Shown piece by piece: positions 30,286 to 37,767 of a stretch of DNA of 64,000 nt. This DNA comes from an uncultured virus (IMG/VR IMGVR_UViG_2898074128_000002) (Duplodnaviria; Heunggongvirae; Uroviricota; Caudoviricetes). Position 1 is the stretch's first letter; every line of letters starts with the position of its first letter. Both the position numbers and the translations under genes were made by a program. The notes under the pieces were generated by a model. The model made no database searches, had not been told where the DNA came from, and saw only the letters and a program-made list of their open reading frames with translations. The stretch lies in the IMG/VR virus record IMGVR_UViG_2898074128_000002. One strand, given 5' to 3'.

Positions 30286-31569
30286 GTGACAAAAACCAAA
30301 CAACCCCTCGCTACCCGCATGCGACCGGCAACACTCACGGAGGTTGTCGGTCAGGATCATCTGATCGGTGACGGTCAGATATTGACCCGGATGGTCAACA
30401 CCGGACAAATCACGTCGATCCTGCTCTACGGACCGCCTGGCACCGGCAAAACGAGTATCGCCCATGCCTTATCGTGCGACCTCGGTGTCCCCTTCGGGTA
30501 TTTCAACGCCGGAGTTCACCCGAAAAAAGACCTGCAGGACATCGCGAAAAAAGGAACACCTGGTGAACCTGTTATTGCTTTAATTGACGAAGTCCACCGG
30601 CTGGACAAACCAAAACAGGATTTTCTATTAATGCAGATTGAAGATGGTTCGCTAATTATGGTAGGAGCCACAACAGAGAACCCGTATATCAGCATTAACC
30701 CCGCCCTCCGCTCTCGAAGCCATATCTTTGAACTAAAACCTGTCACGCCGGAGAACATCGCTGTACGGCTTCGTGCGGCCCTCTCAGATACGGATCGAGG
30801 TCTTGGGGATGTGGACGTAAACATCGCTGATGACCTGCTCGTTTATATCGGCGAACAGACAAACGGAGATATTCGTGCCGCACTAAACACACTGGATTTA
30901 GCCGTAACGTCAACGACTCCAGCTGAGAGCGGTATTCGAATGGTCAGCCGGGACGTGATTAATACGTGCTTGCAGCAGCGACAAATCGGCGGGGATAAAG
31001 ACGGAGATTCGCATTATAATTTATTGTCGGCATTCCAGAAGTCTATACGAGGGTCGGATGCAGACGCCGCCCTGCACTACCTGGCACGGCTGATTCAGGC
31101 GGGTGATCTCGTCAGCATTATGAGACGGCTTTTGGTCATCGCCTATGAAGATATCAGTCTTGCAAACCCGGAACTCGGTCAAGAAACGCTCGCCGCTGTC
31201 ACAGTGGCGGAACGGGTCGGCTTCCCGGAAGCGCGCATCCCGCTCGCGCAGATCACTGTAAGGCTCGCACTCAGTCCGAAATCCAATGTGGCCTACAAAG
31301 CGCTGGATCTTGCCACCGAAGCCTTGAAAACCGGTCGGGACTTAACCGTACCATCTCACTTACAGGACGCTCACTACAAGGGTGCTGCTAAGCTCGGACG
31401 CGGTGTCGGATATAAATATCCGCACGATTATCCGTACGGGATTACTGACCAGCAATACTTGCCTGATGATTTCCAGCATGACCGCTATCTGCAGTTTCGT
31501 GACAGTCAGGACACAGAAGCCGCACAAAACACATACCGCGCCATAAACAGAACCATCAAGTCTGATTGA
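30286..31569 (+). CDS. rarA: Replication-associated recombination protein A (RarA/MgsA AAA+ ATPase)
   Basis: PLATRMRP, GPPGTGKT, IDEVHR, GATTENP, SAFQKSIRGSD, YKYPHDY. Confidence 0.95.
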   Translation: MTKTKQPLATRMRPATLTEVVGQDHLIGDGQILTRMVNTGQITSILLYGPPGTGKTSIAHALSCDLGVPFGYFNAGVHPKKDLQDIAKKGTPGEPVIALIDEVHRLDKPKQDFLLMQIEDGSLIMVGATTENPYISINPALRSRSHIFELKPVTPENIAVRLRAALSDTDRGLGDVDVNIADDLLVYIGEQTNGDIRAALNTLDLAVTSTTPAESGIRMVSRDVINTCLQQRQIGGDKDGDSHYNLLSAFQKSIRGSDADAALHYLARLIQAGDLVSIMRRLLVIAYEDISLANPELGQETLAAVTVAERVGFPEARIPLAQITVRLALSPKSNVAYKALDLATEALKTGRDLTVPSHLQDAHYKGAAKLGRGVGYKYPHDYPYGITDQQYLPDDFQHDRYLQFRDSQDTEAAQNTYRAINRTIKSD

Positions 31570-31604
31570 TCTATATTTTATTAGAAAAAGGAGTGGGTAT
31601 CATC

Positions 31605-32192
31605 ATGGGTTACTCTATTTGTATTCCATTTGAAAATGAAGAAGAAAAAGCCCGCATGCAACAATTTCTTAAACAACATTACCGGCCGCTGAAAGACCTC
31701 ATCCCGGATGTACCGGACGGCTACATGAACAACGAGCCGCCAAGCGACGACCTGAGTTACGCCGGAAATATCACAGAACCTGTTCTCGGATTCGATTATG
31801 GTTCCGGGGAGCTGGACGTCCAGAGGGATTATTATTATGAGATATGCTATTGGATGGCTGTCCACGGCGGCAAACGGGAAAATAACCGCCCTGTCTTTAT
31901 TTACGATGGTTTTGACAGATGGACGGTCTATATCGACGAGCCAGCCTCGGATACATCCGCCGGATACGTCGAAGTTAACACATTCGGCTACCGCAGAATT
32001 TCCAGCCTCAGATTAATGGAGCGCAATAAAATGGTAGCGCATTCTGTATTCAACCAGACCATGAAAGACCTGGAATTGGCCGATAGAGTCATACGTGATG
32101 AACTGGAACGACTGAGCGGCTTATGGTTAAGCCAGAAGAATCAGTTATCCCGAACGAATCATAAAATAGAAAAGAGTAAGCGAAAACGATGA
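31605..32192 (+). CDS. Hypothetical protein
   Basis: RBS AAAGGAG; ORF-track start 31566 likely too early. Confidence 0.65.
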   Translation: MGYSICIPFENEEEKARMQQFLKQHYRPLKDLIPDVPDGYMNNEPPSDDLSYAGNITEPVLGFDYGSGELDVQRDYYYEICYWMAVHGGKRENNRPVFIYDGFDRWTVYIDEPASDTSAGYVEVNTFGYRRISSLRLMERNKMVAHSVFNQTMKDLELADRVIRDELERLSGLWLSQKNQLSRTNHKIEKSKRKR

Positions 32193-32569
32193 TATTAATA
32201 GGAATTATCTTATTTATGATCGGAGCGCTTCTACAGGTGTGTATTATCGTTAAAAAAGACAGCCTGTTATTTACTACAGGCATATCCGACCCGATATTCG
32301 GGTCCTTGTGCCTCTTGTTCGGTGGCACATATACCATCGCTCACACCCTGTACGGACCGCTCTTTAAGCTATCGGAGTTATCCACTAATACTGGGCTTTT
32401 TATGTACGCCACCCTCTCTGGAGTCACTGCAAGTGGTGTCTGCTTGATTGTAGGTGCTGCCACGTACCAGTTAAGAAAAAGAAAAGAGCAGAAAAAAAGC
32501 ATTCTAAAGATCAAAGAAAAACCCTGTGTTCACTCAGAAATCTCTGAGAAAGGAACACCAATAAAGTAA
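32189..32569 (+). CDS. Membrane protein (~3 TM)
   Basis: Hydrophobic segments; ATGA overlap with upstream stop. Confidence 0.65.
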   Translation: MILIGIILFMIGALLQVCIIVKKDSLLFTTGISDPIFGSLCLLFGGTYTIAHTLYGPLFKLSELSTNTGLFMYATLSGVTASGVCLIVGAATYQLRKRKEQKKSILKIKEKPCVHSEISEKGTPIK

Positions 32570-32599
32570 ATGAGAGAGAATATCGGGAAGATTCGCAGA

Positions 32600-32950
32600 C
32601 TTTGACTTTGGAAGTGAGCCACGGTTTTCGTCGCAACCGTGAGCAACTGGGGCGAATCACAAACAGACTGGTTATCTGTGAAAAGACTTCTACGTATCAT
32701 GTTACGACCAACACCTAATGGTCACTCACATCGCCGAGGGTGATACGGGCGAAATAGGAGTCAAAAACAATGATCCGGGTGCTGTGCGACCCATCCTCTA
32801 TCACTGGCAGTTTGCTTGCTGAAATGATGGTGAGGCAATATGTGAATGAGGTTCGATCCCTACCAGCCCGGATAATTCTAAAAACAACCCATGTGCCAAG
32901 TTGTACAAGGGGTCAGCGGGACGTGGTAATGCCATGACCTGCTTTTTTTT
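32600..32950 (+). ncRNA. Candidate structured ncRNA(s): multi-stem domain plus tRNA-like domain, ending in intrinsic terminator
   Basis: No + strand ORF; nested stems, T-loop GGTTCGATCCC, terminator hairpin 32915-32950 with T-run. Confidence 0.5.
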
Positions 32951-33003
32951 ATCGCTTTGGAAAAAAAATAAAAAAAAAAATAAAGACCGAAAGGAAGGGT
33001 CGC

Positions 33004-33111
33004 ATGCGAAGATGTGACGAATGTGGAAAAGAAGAAACCCGATTACTAACTTCCGGACCACTACTGCTTTGTGAAGATTGTTATTATGGGCCTGATGAAG
33101 ACTCGGATTAA
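33004..33111 (+). CDS. 35-aa zinc-finger microprotein (not in ORF track)
   Basis: MRRCDECGKEETRLLTSGPLLLCEDCYYGPDEDSD; RBS GAAAGGAAG. Confidence 0.6.
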   Translation: MRRCDECGKEETRLLTSGPLLLCEDCYYGPDEDSD

Positions 33112-33299
33112 AAATCACGAAAGGGGTCACGTCTATGATAATGCTGATAAACCGTAGGTTCAATACACCCATTTGTCTGAAACTTTTATGCCAATGGCTC
33201 ACCTTACGACAACATCAACTGCCATAGCACCACCCTTAAAGGTTTACTGATTTATCGTTTTGATAATTTATATCAAACTCATATTCTAATTCATGAATA

Positions 33300-33920
33300 T
33301 AAACATTGAGTGACAGACGCTTAATGAAAAATCCAACCCACACGTAGGTGTATATATCACACATAAGGTTTTGTATTTTGTGTGGGTTGGTGCAGGTATT
33401 CGACCCAGAGAGGCTGAGGGTCGGCGTGGCCAGCAGCGGCCGTCGGAGTCAACTCCAGATCAGCTGAGGGGAGAGCATCTCCAGATCTTCGCGGGAACGC
33501 CAGTTCCAGGATCTTGAAGGCGGTGGCCCTGATGGTAATACCTCTATCACTTGCTCCGCAGCAGGAACTTGAGAGTGATCGCGTAGATGTTGACGAAGAG
33601 GTAATGGAGAATTCGTAATCAGCTGGTATCCAGGATTTCTATCGGATGAGGAGCTCGATGAGAATGATCCAGATCCAGAGCAGGCAACTGCAGATGCCGA
33701 TCGACATGATCTCCAGGGTCCTTCTGGAGTGCAGCAGGCGGTCGAAACCAAATCATGAGGTCCTTGAACTTGAGCACGGACTCAGAGGGCACTGAAAACG
33801 ATAATTGATGTCAGAATTCGCTTTCGTAACGAAAAAAAAAGGGCTGAAAGACTAACGGGTTCGGTTTTGGGAGGCAATTTGTCCTTTCGCAAGGATAATA
33901 ACAACCCAAATCCAACCCTC
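33300..33920 (+). ncRNA. Candidate large structured ncRNA (possible retron msr-msd-like element)
   Basis: Non-coding, many hairpins and long-range stems, GC-rich core; putative promoter TTGATA-16-TATTCT at 33260-33287. Confidence 0.45.
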
Positions 33921-34050
33921 ATTGACAATGAAACCGCATAGCAAATAACAATAAAAATAACCCTACTTTTAACAATTGTTTTCGTTTGGTAGTAAAATTA
34001 AAATTATGAAAATAAGACCAAAATAAATGAAATATGGAAGGATGACAAGA

Positions 34051-34272
34051 ATGGATAAATTAACATTTAACTCAGAAGATGTAGTATTAGTAAATCTAAT
34101 TCGAGAAGGCAGTGATGCTTCGGCAGAAGTTTATGCAGTTCCAGTTGAATGGGCTGATAGCAATAATATTAAACAATATGATTGGGAAGATGCGACAAGT
34201 ATCCCAAGTACAGTCTATGATGAATTATTAGATTTTCCTAAAATAAATATTACTAGAGTTTGGGATATTTAA
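34051..34272 (+). CDS. AT-rich small hypothetical protein (cassette-like)
   Basis: RBS GGAAGGA; AGACCAAAAT upstream and TCACACTTCGA downstream. Confidence 0.6.
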   Translation: MDKLTFNSEDVVLVNLIREGSDASAEVYAVPVEWADSNNIKQYDWEDATSIPSTVYDELLDFPKINITRVWDI

Positions 34273-34304
34273 TCTAGCTCACACTTCGAATCAACAGTAT
34301 ATTC

Positions 34305-34332
34305 AAAAGCTTGGGAAACCCAGGCTTTTTTT
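34305..34332 (+). terminator. Intrinsic terminator
   Basis: AAAAGCTTGGG-AAA-CCCAGGCTTTT followed by T-run. Confidence 0.6.
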
Positions 34333-34429
34333 GTAATATTAACACCAAATTATTGCCCGAAATAACACAATGAAATCGTTTTCAATATGGACGCACAAAG
34401 CGAGTAGCAAAAAAAAGAGGTGGCCTGGA

Positions 34430-34771
34430 ATGGAACAATTGCCCGCAATCAAAATTGGCGATTGGGTCGTCATCACAGAAGACGGTCTTTGGGCTATGAA
34501 TAGCTATACATTTAAAACGAAAGCGCAAGCGATTGACGACGTATCCTGTGCCACACTGGATGTGAGGAAAACCCCTAAAGTGAAACGCCAATCAAAAGGG
34601 GATTATTTTTATTACCCGAAAGACGTGGATTATGGCACATTCGGTGACTCATACAATATTAAAAGAGTAACGAAAGAAAATATAAACGAAATCAAAGAAA
34701 TGCTCGAAGAACAGTGGAAGGAAGATCCGCTAAGTAATTACGATCAGGAAATGAGGGAGAGCGATGAATAA
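34430..34771 (+). CDS. Hypothetical protein translationally coupled to the RT
   Basis: RBS GAGGTG; its stop overlaps the RT start region. Confidence 0.65.
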   Translation: MEQLPAIKIGDWVVITEDGLWAMNSYTFKTKAQAIDDVSCATLDVRKTPKVKRQSKGDYFYYPKDVDYGTFGDSYNIKRVTKENINEIKEMLEEQWKEDPLSNYDQEMRESDE

Positions 34772-35753
34772 TAACAACCCGTACTCCCTCCCCTTACTTC
34801 AGGACGGTCGCCAGCTGTTACATCTGGCTGATGACCGTTTAATTCGTCGATTCAAAATCAAAAACAAGGGGAAACTCCGGGACGTCAATGACCCGGTTCC
34901 TGAGCTGAAAACCATATTGAAAGCCTGGAACGGGCCGCTTACCGATTACTACGTCCGACAGCTGCAGCTAAACGGCGTCAGCCACGTTGCTCATGCGTAC
35001 CTGCCGAACCGGTCGATTCAAACGAACGCGCAGGCACATCTCTACTCCCCCATCATCCAGTTTGATTTCAAAGGATTTTATGACTCCTGTAAGTTCGACT
35101 ATTTCAGGGAGTCTCTCCGTGACCTTGATCCGACGCTCGACGATCAAAACGAATATGTGATTAAACGGCTCTTGATCGACCCGAACACGGGTGGTGTAAC
35201 GCAAGGGCTGCCCGTCTCGGGAGCCCTTGCAGGACTCTCGCTCATTCCGTTTTGGGTAGAACTGGCGAAAAGTCTACCTGACAACATTCGTTTTACCCAG
35301 TACTCAGACGATTTGACGTTTAGTTATACGGGCCAGACACCACCCGGGTTTACCGTGCCCGCATTGACGCAAAAGATTTACGAGGTGTTAAAGAAAACAG
35401 ACCTCTCTTTTAAATTAAACGCCGATAAGACACGCACGCAGAAAGAGCAGTACCGGAAAGTAACTGGTATCCGAATTAACCATCATAACCAGACGACCCC
35501 GTCCCGGGACGATTACCGCTTTCTGCGCCATGCGCTGTATATTCTTTCTAAATCCGATGATCTGGATAAAGAACTTGCCGAATGGGGATTCGCATCGAAA
35601 TCCGCTTTCGTTGGTAAAGTCAGCTACATGCGCTCGATTGATTCCACCGGGAAAATCGACCGACTAATAATGAAATACCGTACCGCCTGCCGGAAGCATG
35701 ACATCTTTACAACGTGGATCGACCAGGCGTATAAACGAAGTGCTTTCGCGTAG
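34764..35753 (+). CDS. Retron-type reverse transcriptase (stand-alone, 329 aa)
   Basis: AHAY..NRSIQTNAQAH (retron region X NAxxH), FDFKGFYDS, TQGLPVSG, catalytic YSDD, KVTGIRIN (retron region Y VTG). Confidence 0.9.
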   Translation: MNNNNPYSLPLLQDGRQLLHLADDRLIRRFKIKNKGKLRDVNDPVPELKTILKAWNGPLTDYYVRQLQLNGVSHVAHAYLPNRSIQTNAQAHLYSPIIQFDFKGFYDSCKFDYFRESLRDLDPTLDDQNEYVIKRLLIDPNTGGVTQGLPVSGALAGLSLIPFWVELAKSLPDNIRFTQYSDDLTFSYTGQTPPGFTVPALTQKIYEVLKKTDLSFKLNADKTRTQKEQYRKVTGIRINHHNQTTPSRDDYRFLRHALYILSKSDDLDKELAEWGFASKSAFVGKVSYMRSIDSTGKIDRLIMKYRTACRKHDIFTTWIDQAYKRSAFA

Positions 35754-35768
35754 GAGAGGTGGGTCAAT

Positions 35769-36089
35769 ATGAGAGAATACAAGGAAGTCGGATTTAGACC
35801 GGCAGCCCTGGGCGGACTTGCCATTAGATTAAAGACCGAAAAAGGCTGGTTTTTCGTATTTGGCATCACGCCTGATTTATCTGAAATTCAATTCGATTAT
35901 TCCAAAACTGAAACCTACGATGATTTCACCAAATCATATGATGTGGACTTATCCTTTGGTGATGGTTTCTACGACGGTATGAAACCGCACCTTGTCAAAA
36001 CGCTGAAAGAATTCAAGCTGGACAAACGCTCATTGTCATTGTTCGAAAAATGGTACCCTGGGTATCCAAAACAACGAGGATGGGTGTAG
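35769..36089 (+). CDS. Hypothetical protein immediately downstream of RT
   Basis: RBS GGAGAGGTG; 15 bp after RT stop. Confidence 0.7.
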   Translation: MREYKEVGFRPAALGGLAIRLKTEKGWFFVFGITPDLSEIQFDYSKTETYDDFTKSYDVDLSFGDGFYDGMKPHLVKTLKEFKLDKRSLSLFEKWYPGYPKQRGWV

Positions 36090-36130
36090 AATTTTGAAAC
36101 TTGTACGAATTAAAAGGAGTGAAATACATC

Positions 36131-36460
36131 GTGGCAACAAATATACAAAAAGCCGCTATCTCAAGCATGAATTACTTTTTCTTGCGGATCGTGGTGGGAA
36201 AAACAACCGAAGATATCATCGAGGAAGAAGTGGCCTTATTTATCAATCACCTTGCCGGAGAGCACGGCACGCTCGATGAAGAATTGCTTAACGCCATCAA
36301 GAAAGAAATGATTGATGGGGAATATTTCAAAGGTGTACCTATTGAAAAAGTCAAAAACATGATAGATGAAACAGTAAAACGACTTACAGGGAGTAAAATG
36401 TCTGCAGTAACCCGGTTTTACGTAAACCTTTTAATCGAAAATCAGAGAATTGGTGCGTGA
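36131..36460 (+). CDS. Hypothetical helical protein (paralog of 36769-37092)
   Basis: RBS AAAGGAG; shared MNxxFL..V.GK...GEYFKxVP...LTG.K. Confidence 0.7.
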   Translation: MATNIQKAAISSMNYFFLRIVVGKTTEDIIEEEVALFINHLAGEHGTLDEELLNAIKKEMIDGEYFKGVPIEKVKNMIDETVKRLTGSKMSAVTRFYVNLLIENQRIGA

Positions 36461-36768
36461 TTCTTATGCCAACATACAAGCTGGAACGGAAAAATCCGAA
36501 AACGGGATTCCGTGAAACGATTGTTTACACCGGAAATCTAACGAACAAACCGAGAGGTTGGAGAGTCATCAAAAGAATGTAATTGATATATACAAACTAA
36601 GAGTAAAGAGGCGAATTCCTGAGAAACATCCAGGAGTTCGCTTTTTTTATTTACTCTCAGGTCGCGACGCTGTCTATAGGAATAACCTTCTTTCCACCAT
36701 CTTCTCCCCTACGGGACCCGTCGCCTATCAACTACAAGAAATCCAAAACAGAAAGGAGTTCCAGACCC

Positions 36769-37092
36769 GTGAAGGATACACCCGCTATTCAGTCCGTTTC
36801 CAGCATGAATCATTTATTTTTAAAGACCGTCACAGGAAAAATCAACTATGGTGCGGTCAATCATGAACTCATTCAGTACATCAAAATTATCGCCGAGCGT
36901 TATTACACCATCGACACCTATTCGCAAAAAGCAATCATCCGAGGAATAAAAAAGGGTGAGTATTTCAAAGACGTACCATCCGATCAAGTCGAGCAAACAC
37001 TGAACGACGTGATTCAGAACCTCACTGGCGAAAAATACGACGGTGTGGCTCACTACTACGCCTACTTGATAGAAACCGCTCACAGCAACTAA
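36769..37092 (+). CDS. Hypothetical helical protein (paralog of 36131-36460)
   Basis: RBS AAAGGAG; see paralog. Confidence 0.7.
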   Translation: MKDTPAIQSVSSMNHLFLKTVTGKINYGAVNHELIQYIKIIAERYYTIDTYSQKAIIRGIKKGEYFKDVPSDQVEQTLNDVIQNLTGEKYDGVAHYYAYLIETAHSN

Positions 37093-37109
37093 AAACGAAA
37101 TAAAGGGGT

Positions 37110-37346
37110 GTGACCAGCATGCTAAACCTCGAACATCCGACTGTAGAAAGAATCAATCGTACCGGCTATCCTGGCGAAACCCAGCAAGAAAACGTCATCG
37201 CGATGTGCCCTTGCGGTGAATCATTAAAAGACGGAGATAACGCCGTGGAATTCCAGGACCGCCTGTTCTGTGATGAAGAGTGCCTCACCGAAGCATTTTG
37301 TGATAATCCAGGCAGCTTCGGTATGGAGAAAACGAAAATTTCTTAG
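37110..37346 (+). CDS. Small Zn-binding phage protein (YqaI-like)
   Basis: EHPTVERINRTGYP...CPCGE...FCDEECL. Confidence 0.6.
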   Translation: MTSMLNLEHPTVERINRTGYPGETQQENVIAMCPCGESLKDGDNAVEFQDRLFCDEECLTEAFCDNPGSFGMEKTKIS

Positions 37347-37370
37347 TTCACGCATAAGGAGCCGACATGT

Positions 37371-37733
37371 ATGAGTAAAAACCCACTCGAATCCAAAATA
37401 GAAACCTATTTGAAAAAACAAATCAAAAACATCGGCGGATTGTGCTACAAGTTTAAAAGTACGATCAATGGCGTCCCCGATCAGCTCGTTATCTTTAATA
37501 AGACGATGCACCTTGTCGAAGTAAAACGGCCCGGTGAGGTCCCACGGGCAAACCAGGTGCTCATTCACAGCCAAATCAACAAGCAGGGTGTTCCTGTATA
37601 CACCGTTGATACGGAAAACGCCGTGGATGCCTTTATTAAAGATGTTTTAAAAGCAGAACCGAAAGAATCAGCAACATCCAATCAAAAATCAACAGTCATC
37701 CAGTCTAAAAACCTTTTTAAAGGTATGGAATAA
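37371..37733 (+). CDS. VRR-NUC domain nuclease
   Basis: ESKIE..L, GVPDQL, VEVKRPG..R..Q PD-(D/E)xK pattern. Confidence 0.88.
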   Translation: MSKNPLESKIETYLKKQIKNIGGLCYKFKSTINGVPDQLVIFNKTMHLVEVKRPGEVPRANQVLIHSQINKQGVPVYTVDTENAVDAFIKDVLKAEPKESATSNQKSTVIQSKNLFKGME

Positions 37734-37767
37734 CGATGACCTGTTTAAAAAGGAGAGGTAACAAATC

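Noticed and set aside
33090..33130. Hammerhead-like CTGATGA...GAAA
   Set aside because: Stem II does not close next to the core, no stem III or cleavage triplet was found, and it overlaps a small ORF.
32801..33202. 133-aa minus-strand ORF
   Set aside because: It spans a terminator, homopolymer runs and plus-strand micro-ORFs with good RBSs; likely spurious.
33449..33751. 100-aa minus-strand ORF, and a short hydrophobic minus-strand peptide (MSIGICSCLLWIWIILIELLIR) in the GC-rich region
   Set aside because: Low-complexity product, no convincing RBS, and coding-like stretches switch frame. An RNA-structure explanation fits better, although a decayed foreign gene is not fully excluded.
32570..34020. 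Regularly spaced long repeat array upstream of the RT
   Set aside because: Apart from three 26-nt units, I could not find an evenly spaced conserved repeat by eye. A dot-plot would be needed to exclude weak periodicity.
32784..35753. Group II intron (GTGCG at 32784 plus downstream RT)
   Set aside because: The RT has retron motifs and no maturase domain, no domain V-like hairpin follows the RT, and terminators and ORFs intervene.
34764..35753. Diversity-generating retroelement
   Set aside because: No TR/VR pair differing at adenines was seen near the RT. The duplicated segments elsewhere show ordinary mixed divergence.
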